Shown: positions 37,570 to 49,966 of the stretch, piece by piece
How positions within the stretch are numbered: position 1 is the first letter of the stretch
How the letters are laid out: every line of letters starts with the position of its first letter
Source: Eledone cirrhosa
Taxonomy: Eukaryota
NCBI GenBank assembly: GCA_964016885.1
Contig: OZ024743.1
Span: 186,806,001 to 186,870,000, forward strand
DNA length: 64,000 nucleotides
Direction: 5' to 3'
Translations under genes and position numbers: made by a program
The notes under the pieces: generated by a model
Told to the model about the DNA's origin: nothing
The model's database searches: none
What the model saw: only the letters and a program-made list of their open reading frames with translations

Positions 37570-38889
37570 TGATTAAGACGATGGGCTAGAATTCCAAGGG
37601 GCCCTCTCTCTGCTTTGGTTCAAAATATATTGAAGATATTTAATCCATGTGTATCCAAGTTATTAAAATGGGTACATCATGGATGTCATAAGAGGCAACT
37701 AAAAAGAATAGTAACAAAGAGACCATCTTGCTGTAAAATAATGCCTCAAAACATCTCATCTAACTCATACCAGCATAGAAAAGTAGATATAAAAGTGGCA
37801 ATGACAATGATTTATATATGTATCTAAGTATATATATATATAGAGACATCTTTTGCTGATATATATCACAAAAGGTTGTAAATATTAGTGAGAGAAACAA
37901 AATCCTGGTGCCTTTGCATGAAGTCCCTTGTCTTATATTTTCTGCTTCACTTGATAGAGTCTCTTAACATCAAAAATGCAATGAACCAACGATTTGCCCT
38001 GATAACAAACAAATCTAGCGTTCATAAATTGCAAAATATAATAAATAAACAGAGAGTGAGATAGTAAGCAAAGTTTAAAAATTTGTCTTTCTAGTTTCAA
38101 ATGTTATAGGTTTAAAACCTAGATGTCATTCATTCTTATTATCAAATATACCTTGTATCAATCTCTTTTGGACAGTAATATCGACATTAACATTTAAAAT
38201 TTCAGTTAGATATATTGTTAACCATAAACATTTTTTCCAATAAGACAAATGAACAATATTTGTTATAGAAATATATGATTTCTCTCTTCTCTCTTCTGAT
38301 CGTTAAACATGTCAAATACTGAGAATTCTATGGCATTGGGCCACATTAGAATTTTTATGTTAAAAATAAGAATAGAAATATAAAATGTGTTTACTTTTTC
38401 TTGTGTAGTCAATATTCATATTCCAAGACAAAATTCAATAACAAGTGCTCCAAGGAAATGTTTTACCAACACACTATTCTTGATAAGTTGTCTTTCTATT
38501 GTTTCAATGCAAGAGCTATGATTTATTGACATAGTTGTTTTGAAATTGATTAAGGAGAGAGAGAAACACTTTTTAAAAAGTTCAAACATTTTAATTGCCA
38601 CGGAATTTAGCCCAAAACTATAGAATTATTCATCTTTTAAAAATTATTAACAATGAAAGAGAAAAACTGCAATTTTAAGAAAATCATATAAAGAAATATA
38701 ATTTTTTAAAATTGAATATTTTTGCAGTTTTGTTTTTGAATCAAAACTTTCCTTTACTATGGTTTCTGTTGTTGAAAATAAATAAAAATCAAATAACTAT
38801 TTTTCATTTGAAAGCTAGAATATTTGAATTACAATCTTAATAAAAGTGATAAGAATAAAATAATAAAAAACAGACTAAATATGAATAGA

Positions 38890-39303
38890 GAAAATGGAAG
38901 ACAATCAGAGTGTGTAATGGTCCAATCGGGCATATCTTGAAATATGGAAATTGTGCATTGTTAATGTGCAAGAACGACAAAGCATGGATGAACTGAGAGA
39001 GAAACTGAGTATAAGAGGAATCATAAGTGGTGTGTGGGAGAGGAGACTGCACTGGTATGGGCATGGGATACACATGGATGATGATCACTGGGTGAAGAAG
39101 TGCCAAATAATCCAAGAGGAATGAAGCTGCAGTAGAGATAGGCCAAGGAAGACCTGGAAAAAGAGGTGCTGAGATCTGATCTCAAATCACTAAAGCTCAT
39201 GTAGATGACAAAGGAACATGACAAGCTGAGAGATGCTGTACTAAGAAAGACCCATCCAATATATACAAGTATGGAACAATGGACATAAAATGATGATGAT
39301 GAT
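38890..39303 (+). mobile_element. Decayed RTE 3' end with (ATG)n tail
   Basis: gagactgcactggtatgggcatg (RLHWYGH), gaagacctgg, and the end ggacataaaatgatgatgatgat, the same terminus as the 16961 copy. Confidence 0.8.
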
Positions 39304-40251
39304 TTCTTTCAATAAAAACACTTTCTAGTACTTTTTCCTCTTTCCAGACATGTAACAAAACAATTAAAAATATGCTAGTAGCACTTTAAAGACAAGATAG
39401 AACACATGTATGGTCATGCTAGAAACATGTGTCGCCATATAAAGCATGTATGGTTACAGTAGCTGCTATGTTTATTTCAATATCAAAATAAATATGACTA
39501 AGGTACTTGTGTCCAAATATGTTAGAAAACATGTATAATGATGTTATTATGCACATCATAGTAATCATTTTCTACAATTAAACTATAAATTAATTATTCT
39601 GCCTCTGTGTGATTTGTTCTTGCCACATTTTGACAGTTCTTCCCAATTTCATCCAGGTATGCTGCTTATGTTGACTCATTTATATGCCTTTTTGTAAATT
39701 ATCCTGAACAGTGTTAAAACTGGATTTTAACATTGTTGATACTGTTAGTTAGAACTATTTGAATTGGGGTGCACAGGTTTCAAATTTTCTCAATACATCC
39801 CAAGTCAAATGCTTTGTTTATACTTCTAGCTACAGGCTTAAAATATTCTAAAAAGGCTGAATTAGTGGCCAGATATTTGAAATTACAAATTTACATTATG
39901 GATAAATTGAAACATCAACCCATTTCATCAAAGCATTCCATGTTAGATTTTACTATCCTGCATTAATGTATTTAAGGCTTTTTACAAAAGACTACCATTT
40001 TCATATGGAGGATAATGAAACTGGTGTCTCAATTATAAAAAGTTGCTTTCTCAACTAAAATATTGAATTGGTGATTGAAATAGATATAATCCCGTCATCT
40101 CAGATGAATGTAAACTGTGGATTAGGAGTATTGCCACTAATAGTTAATCCTGTACATTAATTTCATTTGAAATTTCAATTTATTTTAATTCTACCTGAAA
40201 TCTTGCAGTGTATTGTATGTACTGGCTGTACAACTTATAAAAGCTTAAATA

Positions 40252-40515
40252 GGCTAGAAAATTTGAAATGTTAGAATTTCAATGGAAGAAAATAACTGAA
40301 ATAACAATTGATCCCTATAAATAATATTTAAGAAAATTTGGTAAATTATCCCTAGAGATGCAAAAAAGTGGCCAAAAGACACCTCTGAGCAATTTGTTTC
40401 TATCTCTAAGGGTAATTTATCCAATTTTTCTTTTTACTGTTATTTATAGTGATCGACTGTCATTGCAGTTATTTTCTGGGTTTGGGATTCTCACATTTCC
40501 AAATTTTCCAACTTC
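40252..40515. mobile_element. MITE-like palindromic element
   Basis: Degenerate ~120-bp inverted arms (gaaaataactg..gaaaatttggtaaattatccctagagat vs atctctaagggtaatttatccaatttttc..cagttattttc). A solo arm is at 10405-10530. Confidence 0.7.
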
Positions 40516-40734
40516 ACACTCTCAGAGCTTTGATAATTCATGAGGTAATTATGATAATATGATGAATATGATCATGATATTTGCTGCTGTAGTTTTATCT
40601 AAAATCACAAAAGTCCTTTCCCAATCTTTCAGTTTCAAGGCTTCTGGAAATTCTGAAACTTCAGAAATGCAAATTCCTAACATTTTAATGCATTAAAAAT
40701 TATATCAATTGCGATATAATTTTACTAACATAAA

Positions 40735-42136
40735 TGATACAACAGCGGCTCATGGGTGGATGTTGTTTACCTTGACTTTACTAAGGCTTTTAATTCTGTG
40801 CCACACAAAAGACTTATGGCAAAACTCTCTGCAATGGGTGTGAGGGATGATCTTTTCGACTGGTTGAAATCCTTCATTCTCAGCCGAAAAGAAGTAGTCA
40901 CGGTTCTAGGACAGCATTCTTCACCATATGAGATGTCATCTGGTGTACCACAGGGATCTGTTCTTGGTCCCCTTTTGTTTGTGGCATATATTAATAACAT
41001 AGATGCCAACTTACAGAATGCCACGGTACTGAAATATGCAGATGACATCAAGCTGTACCTTGAAATCAAAAGGACTGATCCTGAAATCTACAACTCTTTC
41101 CTACAATCAGACCTGGACACATGCAGCAATGGATCACAGACTGGCAACTGAAGCTGGCTGTGGACAAGTGTACCACCATGCATTTTGGGAGGAAAAATCC
41201 AGCATCCACATACTCCCTCCACAACACTGATACCAAGAAGTCCTCTTGTGATCGTGACCTGGGCATTACTGTCAGCAGCGATTTGCGTTGGACAAAGCAT
41301 GTCTCTAAGATTGTCAAGAAGGCCGAGGGTGTCTTGGCATCACTCAGCAATACCTTTGTTAGCCGCTCTTCAGCCATCTATTTAAAACTGTATACAGCTA
41401 TGGTACGACCACACTTGGAATTCGCATCATCAGTCTGGAACCCCTATCTTGCTCAGAACATTGACCTCCTGGAAACTGTTCAGAGACGTGCAACCAAGCG
41501 CATACCCTCCATCAGACACTTACCATACTCTGAACGCCTTGCTTCCCTGGGCATGGATTCATTGAAGCTCTGACGTCTGGCAATGGACTTGGTGAATACT
41601 CACAGAGTTATTAACCATCTCACCAATTGCAACCCTGAGCACCTTTTTGATCTCCATGTGTCTAACACACGTGGACATGCCTACAAAATCAGAAAACAGC
41701 ACAGCTCCCATGACTTTCGTAGACATTTTTTCACGCTCAGAGTTGCTGAAGCATGGAACAAACTGCCTGCGTCAGTTGTTAGCTGCCGAGACACTGCATC
41801 CTTTAAGACACTCATGCTTCCCGAAATACGCCAAAGCTACACCTGATGTACCCCTTCCATACACATGCACACATGTGTGTATCATGACTCGTGCACTGTT
41901 CATTTTCCTGATGTTTGTGCATTGCCCTATGTACTGTACATGCACTTTTTGATGAGTTGTGGTGCACCTGAGCACTGTACACAATATTTCATTGTTATTA
42001 TTGTTATTATTATTATATCATGACTCATACACTTTTCATTTTCCTGACATTTGTACATTATTCTATGTACTATACATGCACCTTTGATGAGTTGTAGTGC
42101 ACCTGAGCACTGTACACAATAATTTCATTATTATTA
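40735..42136 (+). mobile_element. CR1-clade LINE, 5'-truncated, with duplicated 3'UTR and (ATT)n tail
   Basis: YLDFTKAFNSVPH, SGVPQGSVLGPLLF, YADD, RDLG, VRPHLEFASSVWNP, VQRRATK, TRGH, RV...WNKLP. Frameshift at ~41120 and an in-frame TGA at 41571. Confidence 0.92.
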
Positions 42137-42571
42137 AGTATAAACCATATTTAAACTAATTTAGTTATTTTGTATGTCTGATTTCCAAATAACTTTATAG
42201 ATATGCTGATTTATCAGTTATTTCTCTCTTGTTTGAATAATGAAACAAATAAATAAAATTTAAAAAGAAAAATTGAACTAAAAAATACATTTTAGAAAGA
42301 TACAAGCAACAGACTTTTCTGAATGGAAAACAAAATCAAGTACAAGTATCTCATTAGAATATCATATTCAATCAGAATAAATGAAGTGTCTAGAAATTCT
42401 TATTTCCCATAGGACTAATTAAATACTACCTATAATAACAAACAGAAAAAAGACTTCCTATAAACTTGTTAATATCAACCATTAAATATATATATATATA
42501 TATATATACATATATATGTTTGTTTGTGTGTGTGTGTGTGTGTGGATATGTATGTATATATATATATATAT

Positions 42572-43340
42572 TATCATCATCATCGCTGTATAAGGTCTAT
42601 TTTCCATGCTTGCATGGGTTAGATGGGTTATCATGTTTTGAGGCTAGACTCCTCAGGTGGCCCTTCTAATACCAACCATTTACATGTACTAGGAGTAGGG
42701 TTTCTATGACTGGATGCCCTTGATAAGACCAACCTCTTTAAAGCATTTAATGAGAACATTTTATCCTGACATTGGCACCATCCAATTACAGTGTGGACAG
42801 GGTGCTTATCTTCGTGGCACCAGTACTGCCACTGTACAGGTTTGGCCTGAGTACCTGTTTATTATGGCATCATCATTAGGGAGGCATTGCAAGGAATATA
42901 GATGTTCCTACCGACATGAGAAAGGCTGCCTGAGGTTAAGGATGTGGCCTTTAAGTGTGTGAGTTGCTTCTGGTGGTATATTGGGAGGCGTCCTGGCTAT
43001 TCATACTGGCTTTGGTTGGATAAGGCTGTGAATTAGGTACGTGGTTGGAAGTAGGGGCTCATCTTTCTTCTATGTTGACATGGGTTGTACAGAGAAAATG
43101 AATTGGGTAGGGTGAGAGGGGGCACATACTATGCGTGGGGGTGGGAACATTTCTTTTTCTTTCTGTGTTTCCATTGGTTAGATGAGGGAAGTAGTGAGTG
43201 ATGATCCAGCTGCCTTTCGTCTCTTCATATCCTGAATTGCCTTATTATACGGCCGCTAACCTGAATGGCTGACCCCTCTGTTTAGTCTACTTGGGACAGA
43301 CCATCTTCCTCTTCATTCTCTTCTTGCAATGTGTGATTTG
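42572..43340 (-). mobile_element. Non-autonomous element with RTE-type (CAT)n tail
   Basis: catcatcatc..tttccatgcttgcatggg terminus and ggatgccctt blocks; GC-richer body with no ORF. Related pieces at 8765-9150, 12550-12675, 20400-20830, 22195-22455, 46175-46325 and 58880-59020. Confidence 0.5.
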
Positions 43341-43401
43341 GTCTTTCCAAATACAATACATTTAATGATATATTTTACTAATATTATAATAATAAAATAA
43401 T

Positions 43402-44118
43402 AAATCAGATTTGTATTGGTGCAGTATGGGAGTTGGAAGCAAAATAGGCAACAAATAAGACAGTCATTATCGACTGATATATATTGTTTGCATTTGTCTC
43501 TTGGTTAAGGATTGATGACTAAAAGGATTAAGCAAAGTTATTAGAGACCCATTGGCTAAGGGATAAGAAGATCCAACTTCAATTTAGGAACTGAGAGAGT
43601 TTGCAGGCTGTGCAGTAAATACAGCTACATTTTGTTTCCTTGAAAAACGTTTCATTTGTGTTGTGGTAGATATAAGCTATTTTTTCTTTTACCTGTACAG
43701 TTTCAAGTAAGGGATTGTAAGCTTTCATTATATTAATGGCCTTGTGCCAAAAGTAGAAACAATTATATTAATTACATGGAAATACCATATCTAATAAGAT
43801 GTCATCGATTACCCAGCCACATGGCTATCTTTGATGGGTTAGAAAAGCATATTTTCTACCAAGAGAAGTCAGCTTAAAAGTGGTGCAGTTTCCAATAATT
43901 AATTGGTTTGAAATACCTGAGTATTTAGTCATTTGGGATTGTTTTGTAGTAGAAAGATAAGTGAAAAGCTACATTCCTGAAGTAGTGATCATATGATCTG
44001 ACAGTGGAGTAAGAGTGATGTTTGGGTTTAGGATAAAATTAAAGAGAGACAAGATTCAAGGAATTTTCAAGAATTGGTCATTCAATTCAATTAAGTTTAT
44101 TATCACTGTTCCTGCAGT
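43402..44118 (+). repeat. 717-bp direct duplication, copy 1 (derived)
   Basis: Matches 46552-47268 at a constant offset of 3150, with about six substitutions counted by eye and no indels. Confidence 0.95.
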
Positions 44119-44363
44119 GGTACTTTATTTTATCGACCCCATAAGGATGAAAGGCAAAGTTAACCTTGGCGGGATTTTAACTCAGATCATAAAGGGAGGT
44201 AACTCTATGCCAAGCTTTGAAGCATAGAGTTACCTCCCTTTATGATCTGAGTTCAAATCCCGTCAAGGTTAAATTTGCCTTTCATCCTTACGGGGTCGAT
44301 AAATTAAAGTACCAGTAATGCACTGATTTAATTGCTGGCCTGGTGCCAAAAGTAGAAACAATT
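44118..44363. mobile_element. SINE A fold-back (inverted half + forward copy)
   Basis: Arms 44118-44210 and 44222-44314 are reverse complements. The forward copy ends in the normal tail. Confidence 0.9.
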
Positions 44364-46329
44364 ATAATAATAATATATTTAAAAAAATGAATGCATGTGG
44401 CTTAGTGGTTAGAGAGTTGGATTCCCAATCACGAAATTTCAAGTAAGACAATTTATTTTTTTCAAGACAATTTATGTTTTGTTGTTCTCTCTACCAAGAG
44501 TAGATAGTATCAGCAGTGGTAACACCATTGGCTTGATATGACGAGTTCCACCCCACTCAGTAAGTGAATGCGGCTTGAGATCTTGTTGATTTTTGAAAAG
44601 AAAAAAAAATATACATTAATTCAATGAATTTCTTCTAATATATTACCAGTATGAAATGTAAATTAGTTTAAAGTAGACAATAAGAACAATTTTAACAAGA
44701 GAATCTATAATGAGCAAAGAAGAATTATGTGAAAAGATAACAATAAAGATACATAAAGAAATTAAAGTATTTTTAACTTGTAACCTGACCGAGGAAGAAA
44801 ACGTATGATGGAATAACGAAACTCCATATTTTAATAATGGATGAATAGTTAGTTGATTTATTTCCAAATATGTTTAAACAACATTAAAGTGTTAAATTTG
44901 ATTAAATCTCAAGAAAGGAAAATGAGAATTCTTAACTGTGGGATAACAAATGTAGTTTAGCATTTTCATTTTTCTCTCTCTCTTAAAAATCATGAAAAAA
45001 AACCCATAATATCAATAGAAGAAAAGTGTGATGGAAATATATTGATGGCCTGTTGAGGTTAACTACTTCTTTCCCCTTATAACAGGATGATTGTATTATA
45101 GCATAAGTCAGAAATGTGATACAGTATATATATAATAGCAAGACAGAAAACTTAAAATGATGAGAAATCAATATTCAGTAGATAGAAGTGACACATGAGA
45201 CTACTTGCAACAAGCCAGGGATACTACAGCCAGGGATAAATTACAGGTATAAAAAAAAAGTTTTTGCTAAGACGTATCGTATGGAATAATGATAATAAGA
45301 CATCGAAGGAATAATGATAAGTGTTAGAGAAGAAAGCTGCCCGAGTAGTAGACACTGAGAATAAGTCAAGAAAGATTCTGTTTAACAAGAAGGAAAATAT
45401 TTGGGATGGAGAGCCAGAAAGAAGTTTATGATATTTTCTTGCATATTAAAATAAATGTAAAAATGTGGATAGCATCCACATGATGCTTTTGATAAATTTA
45501 AGATTACATGTTCATTATAAATAATGTTTATATAGATTTAAAACAGATACTATATATAATTTACATTAAAAAAATGAATCTAATGAATATGAAAAGTATT
45601 ATATTCCAGTAGTTCTTAAAGGAAAAGTTTTGTCCTTTCACCCATTAATAAGACAAAATAGAGTTACATAACCTTAAATATTATTATGGAATATTATTAA
45701 AAAATTATAATTCTATTAAACATAGCAATTTGCCTGCCTTCATTACGAAACACTGTTATAGCCTATGGTATAATGCTTAGAAGTCAAGAGGTTAACAGTT
45801 AGTTATGAGATACTCACATTCCCTAAACAACATGTACATATTCTTGGAAATATAAATTAACAAAATGATTTGTAATAATGTTTGATATTTGCAAATTGTG
45901 ACAATCCTTTAAGAAAATATAGCTTTATTGATTATTTGATTCATGAAATATAAATTCAGATTTTTTTATTTCACAATTGTTTCTTCTCTCATATTATATT
46001 TTATGGATAGGTGTAGAAATTCAAATAGAATTAAAAATGCCTTGAGGTAGGTGTTTTATAGTAATATATACCTATCTAATATTAGGAAGTAATTAACTGT
46101 TATATTATAATAAATTTTAGATTTCAAAATCATATTTATAGATGCATATACAAATACATGTACTATATTATAATTTAGGAAGGGCATCCAGCTTTAGAAA
46201 CTGAGCCAAATTCAGTTCTGTAGGGTCACCTGACCTGGCATTGCTCCCAACGGGACAACTCGTCTAACCCATGCTAGCGTGGAAAGTGGGAAAATGGATG
46301 TTAAACAGTGATGATGATGATGATTACAT

Positions 46330-47300
46330 TTATTATTTAGTCTAGGAAGAAGGGCAAGGACCATAGACTTTTGCAGTCTGGTGAGTTTCATGCAATTGAT
46401 GTTCAACTTGAACATCTACATGTTCTTAGGTTAGTTAGAGGAGTGGGGCAGCACTCATAAATTGGTCCTCTTGATTCAGGTAACTAGAGTAGTTCTCATG
46501 CCTGGTGATTATGATTATGTAGAGATAGATGGAGTAGAGAATGAGAAGTTAAAATCAGATTTGTATTGGTGCAGTATGGGAGCTGGAAGCAAAATAGGCA
46601 ACAAATAAGACAGTCATTATCGACTGATATATATTGTTTGCATTTGTCTCTTGGTTAAGGATTGATGACTAAAAGGATTAAGCAAAGTTATTAGAGACCC
46701 ATTGGCTAAGGGATAAGAAGATCCAACTTCAATTTGGGAACTGAGAGAGTTTGCAGGCTGTGCAGTAAATACAGCTACATTTTGTTTCCTTGAAAAACGT
46801 TTCATTTGTGTTGTGGTAGATATAAGCTATTTTTTCTTTTACCTGTACAGTTTCAAGTAAGGGATTGTAAGCTTTCATTATATTAATGGCCTTGTGCCAA
46901 AAGTAGAAACAATTATATTAATTACATGGAAATACCATATCTAATAAGATGACATCGATTACCCAGCCACATGGCTATCCTTGATGGGTTAGAAAAGCAT
47001 ATTTTCTACCAAGAGAAGTCAGCTTAAAAGTGGTGCAGTTTCCAATAATTAATTGGTTTGAAATACCTGAGTATTTTGTCATTTGGGATTGTTTTGTAGT
47101 AGAAAGATAAGTGAAAAGCTACATTCCTGAAGTAGTGATCATATGATCTGACAGTGGAGTAAGAGTGATGTTTGGGTTTAGGATAAAATTAAAGAGAGAC
47201 AAGATTCAAGGAATTTTCAAGAATTGGTCATTCAATTCAATTAAGTTTATTATCACTGTTCTTGCAGTAGAGTAATTTATCCTGTCAACTCAAATCCCTC
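46330..47300 (-). mobile_element. Highly decayed LINE-like remnant (L2/Crack-type end?)
   Basis: TRLQKSMVLALLPRLN resembles the T.R...S.IP....LN C-terminus of L2-group ORF2. The rest is unreadable. Confidence 0.3.
46552..47268 (+). repeat. 717-bp direct duplication, copy 2 (probable source)
   Basis: See 43402-44118. Confidence 0.95.
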
Positions 47301-47669
47301 GAGTACTTCTTACTTAAACATCTCCAAGTCAATCATAGACATGAGTACATCACTAAGTATATTGTTTGTTGACATCTAAGTTACATCAGGGTAAATCTCT
47401 ACAGATATAGACACTCAGTGTGTGTCCATTGGCAGGGGGAGGGTGTGTGCGTGTGTGTGTGTGTGTGTGGGGGGGGGGGGGTAAATCAGCTAACACATGC
47501 CATTTTGGTTTCAAGAATGAAGAAAGGAAAACATTTTTAATCAGTTTGTTAATAAAGATATATGTATTTTTATTAAAGAATAAAGTGTGTTGGATTTAGA
47601 CTATAATGTCATGGTGAACAGATATGAAGTATAAACAAAGGTAATAACAATAATACAAATAAAACTAAG

Positions 47670-47946
47670 AATAATATACAGACTACTACCATTGTTACTA
47701 CAATGATATATATCTAGGCAATGTGGAATAATGCTCTACAATAATACACAGACTACTACCATAGCTATCACAATGACATATATCTAGATAATGTAGGAGA
47801 ATGCTCTCCAATAACACACAGACCTGCCCCCATTGCTACTACAATGATATATATCTGGACAATGAGGAAGAATACTCTTCAATAATACACAGACCACCAT
47901 CATCACTACCACACTGGTATATGTCTGGACAGAGTAAGAAAATGCT
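47670..47946. repeat. 70-bp minisatellite x4 (degenerate)
   Basis: Units start at 47670, 47740, 47810 and 47881 (aataatacacagactactacc...). Confidence 0.85.
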
Positions 47947-49496
47947 AATTATATCACTATCTCATATTACTGAAAGATATACAAAGTGCTTGAAATAGCA
48001 GCCAATTCGTCCTCAAATTACATCTTACTGTCGTAAAATATTTAGATCACAATACATAATAAAAATATAATAGAATGATTATGGCTGGAATAGGTTTGCT
48101 CATAGTTATTCTTGATGAGGAATGGAGCTAAACAACTCAAATTTATAGGCTTTACTTCGTGATTTCTTATATACATAAAATACCTCAGTTATATGCAGTT
48201 TTTAAGCAAAGAGAAATGAGATGCTGTGGTGATCAAGCTTTTCTAAATGATATTAGTAATCTAAATGAAATGGCTTAACTAGGAATTGTAATTTGCTAGC
48301 TTTCAGCACTTCTAGATATTGAACATCTTTCACTTGATTTCTCTCAATATATTTTGTCTATTTTTTTTCTTTCTTTCTCTCCATTTTATCCACTTTTGAA
48401 TACTTACATAAGTTAGAGCAATTATATTTACAGTGGATAACTTTCCTTATCTCTAAGCACTCAATCACAAAGTATAACTGGAAACTGCTTTATCAGTCAG
48501 TCAAACTTGAGCAAGCACAATTATGAATCTTACACCAGTGTGTAAGACTTTGTATGTTATAGTAGAGTTTGAACTCTGTGGGCAGTAATCTACCACATTA
48601 ACCTTGCAGCCATTATGGTTTATCAACAAATAACTTTCAAGCATTCTATGTAACTCAAATTTATTTATGCTCACCAACATTTTTCAGAACTTCTTTAAAG
48701 AATTTCTTTCATTTTTATTAAGTATTTAATTACCAAAACTTTCTTGAATTAAACAAATCTCTTTTCCATGGCAAACATCAGACTTAAAAGCTGACTTCAT
48801 TAGACAGCCATTTTCTGCATCACTACCATTAATTGGTTTACATTTAAATTATTATTATCTGACATCACTTTAATTTAGATTTCCTATTATTTTCTAAACT
48901 GATTCAAATTGGCAAAACATAGCTTTGATTTTGTCTAGCACAATTTATTTACAAGGGACTTTAACTTTATGAGAACGACTAGTATATCATTTCAATTGTA
49001 TTATCTATTCATAAGTTTGGCAATCACAGGTTGAAAATAGATCAAAGCCAAGATAACATTATCGTTTTGAATAGCATAATATTATTGTTCTTATTGAGAA
49101 GTCCAGCTATAATCAAGCATGAATAATCACCCAAAATACCTATAACAAAAACACAATTTCATTACAAGTAGGTCGCTTGGCTTTCTACCAATAGTGACCA
49201 ATAGAAAGCTTGTATAATCAAAGATTAATTTTATACCTCAATTTCTTCCCATTTTCTCCTTTCATATACGAAAATAAGTATTATTGGGATTTTACAGAAG
49301 AAATTGAACAAATGTGTTCAGACGATTTTTTTGTAAGTTCTTAATGTTGGAGTTAATGAACCTATTACCTCTTTAGTAATAAAGTCCATATCCAGACAAA
49401 ATATATTAAATCTAAATACCATGATAGATGAAGTAATAAATAAGCAAAAGTTTTGGTCCATAGTTAATGAATTCAATTCTGACATGATATATTCAG

Positions 49497-49588
49497 ATGT
49501 TCAAGGACAGGACACATTACTAGATATACCTCATTACTGGTACATTCTGATGTTCAAGGATGGGACACATTACTCGATATACCTCATT
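49497..49588. repeat. 52-bp-period tandem duplication
   Basis: gatgttcaagga..gacacattact.gatatacctcatt occurs twice. Confidence 0.8.
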
Positions 49589-49785
49589 GCACAAATGGAA
49601 AACAAATATTGATCTCTATGATAAAGACATTTGAGTTAGCAAAAATATTCAGTTATCAGAGGGGAATACAAATCAGCAATTTAGGCAAAAACCACCAGAG
49701 AAATCAGTTTTCAGTGATTCTTATAATTTAGAGTTCTCAATTGTGTAGACATTCATGTAGTTCCTCTTTTCTAGTTACATAAGAT

Positions 49786-49966
49786 AATTGTTTCTACTTT
49801 TGGCACAAGGCCAGCAATTACCCAGTATATTACTGGTACTTTATTTTATCGACCCGTAAGGATGAAAGGCAAAGTTAACCTCGGCGGGATTTGAACACAG
49901 AATGGGAAGGGCCGTAACTCTTTGCATGGCGTCCGACCCTCTACCGATACTGCCAATCCACCGCCT
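49786..49966 (-). mobile_element. SINE A, full length
   Basis: TSD GTTACATAA(G/A)ATAAT at 49774-49788 and 49969-49983. Confidence 0.9.

Noticed and set aside
47670-47946. CRISPR-like periodicity (also at 30473-30558)
   Set aside because: The units repeat over their whole length with no unique spacers, there are no cas genes, and the DNA is eukaryotic.
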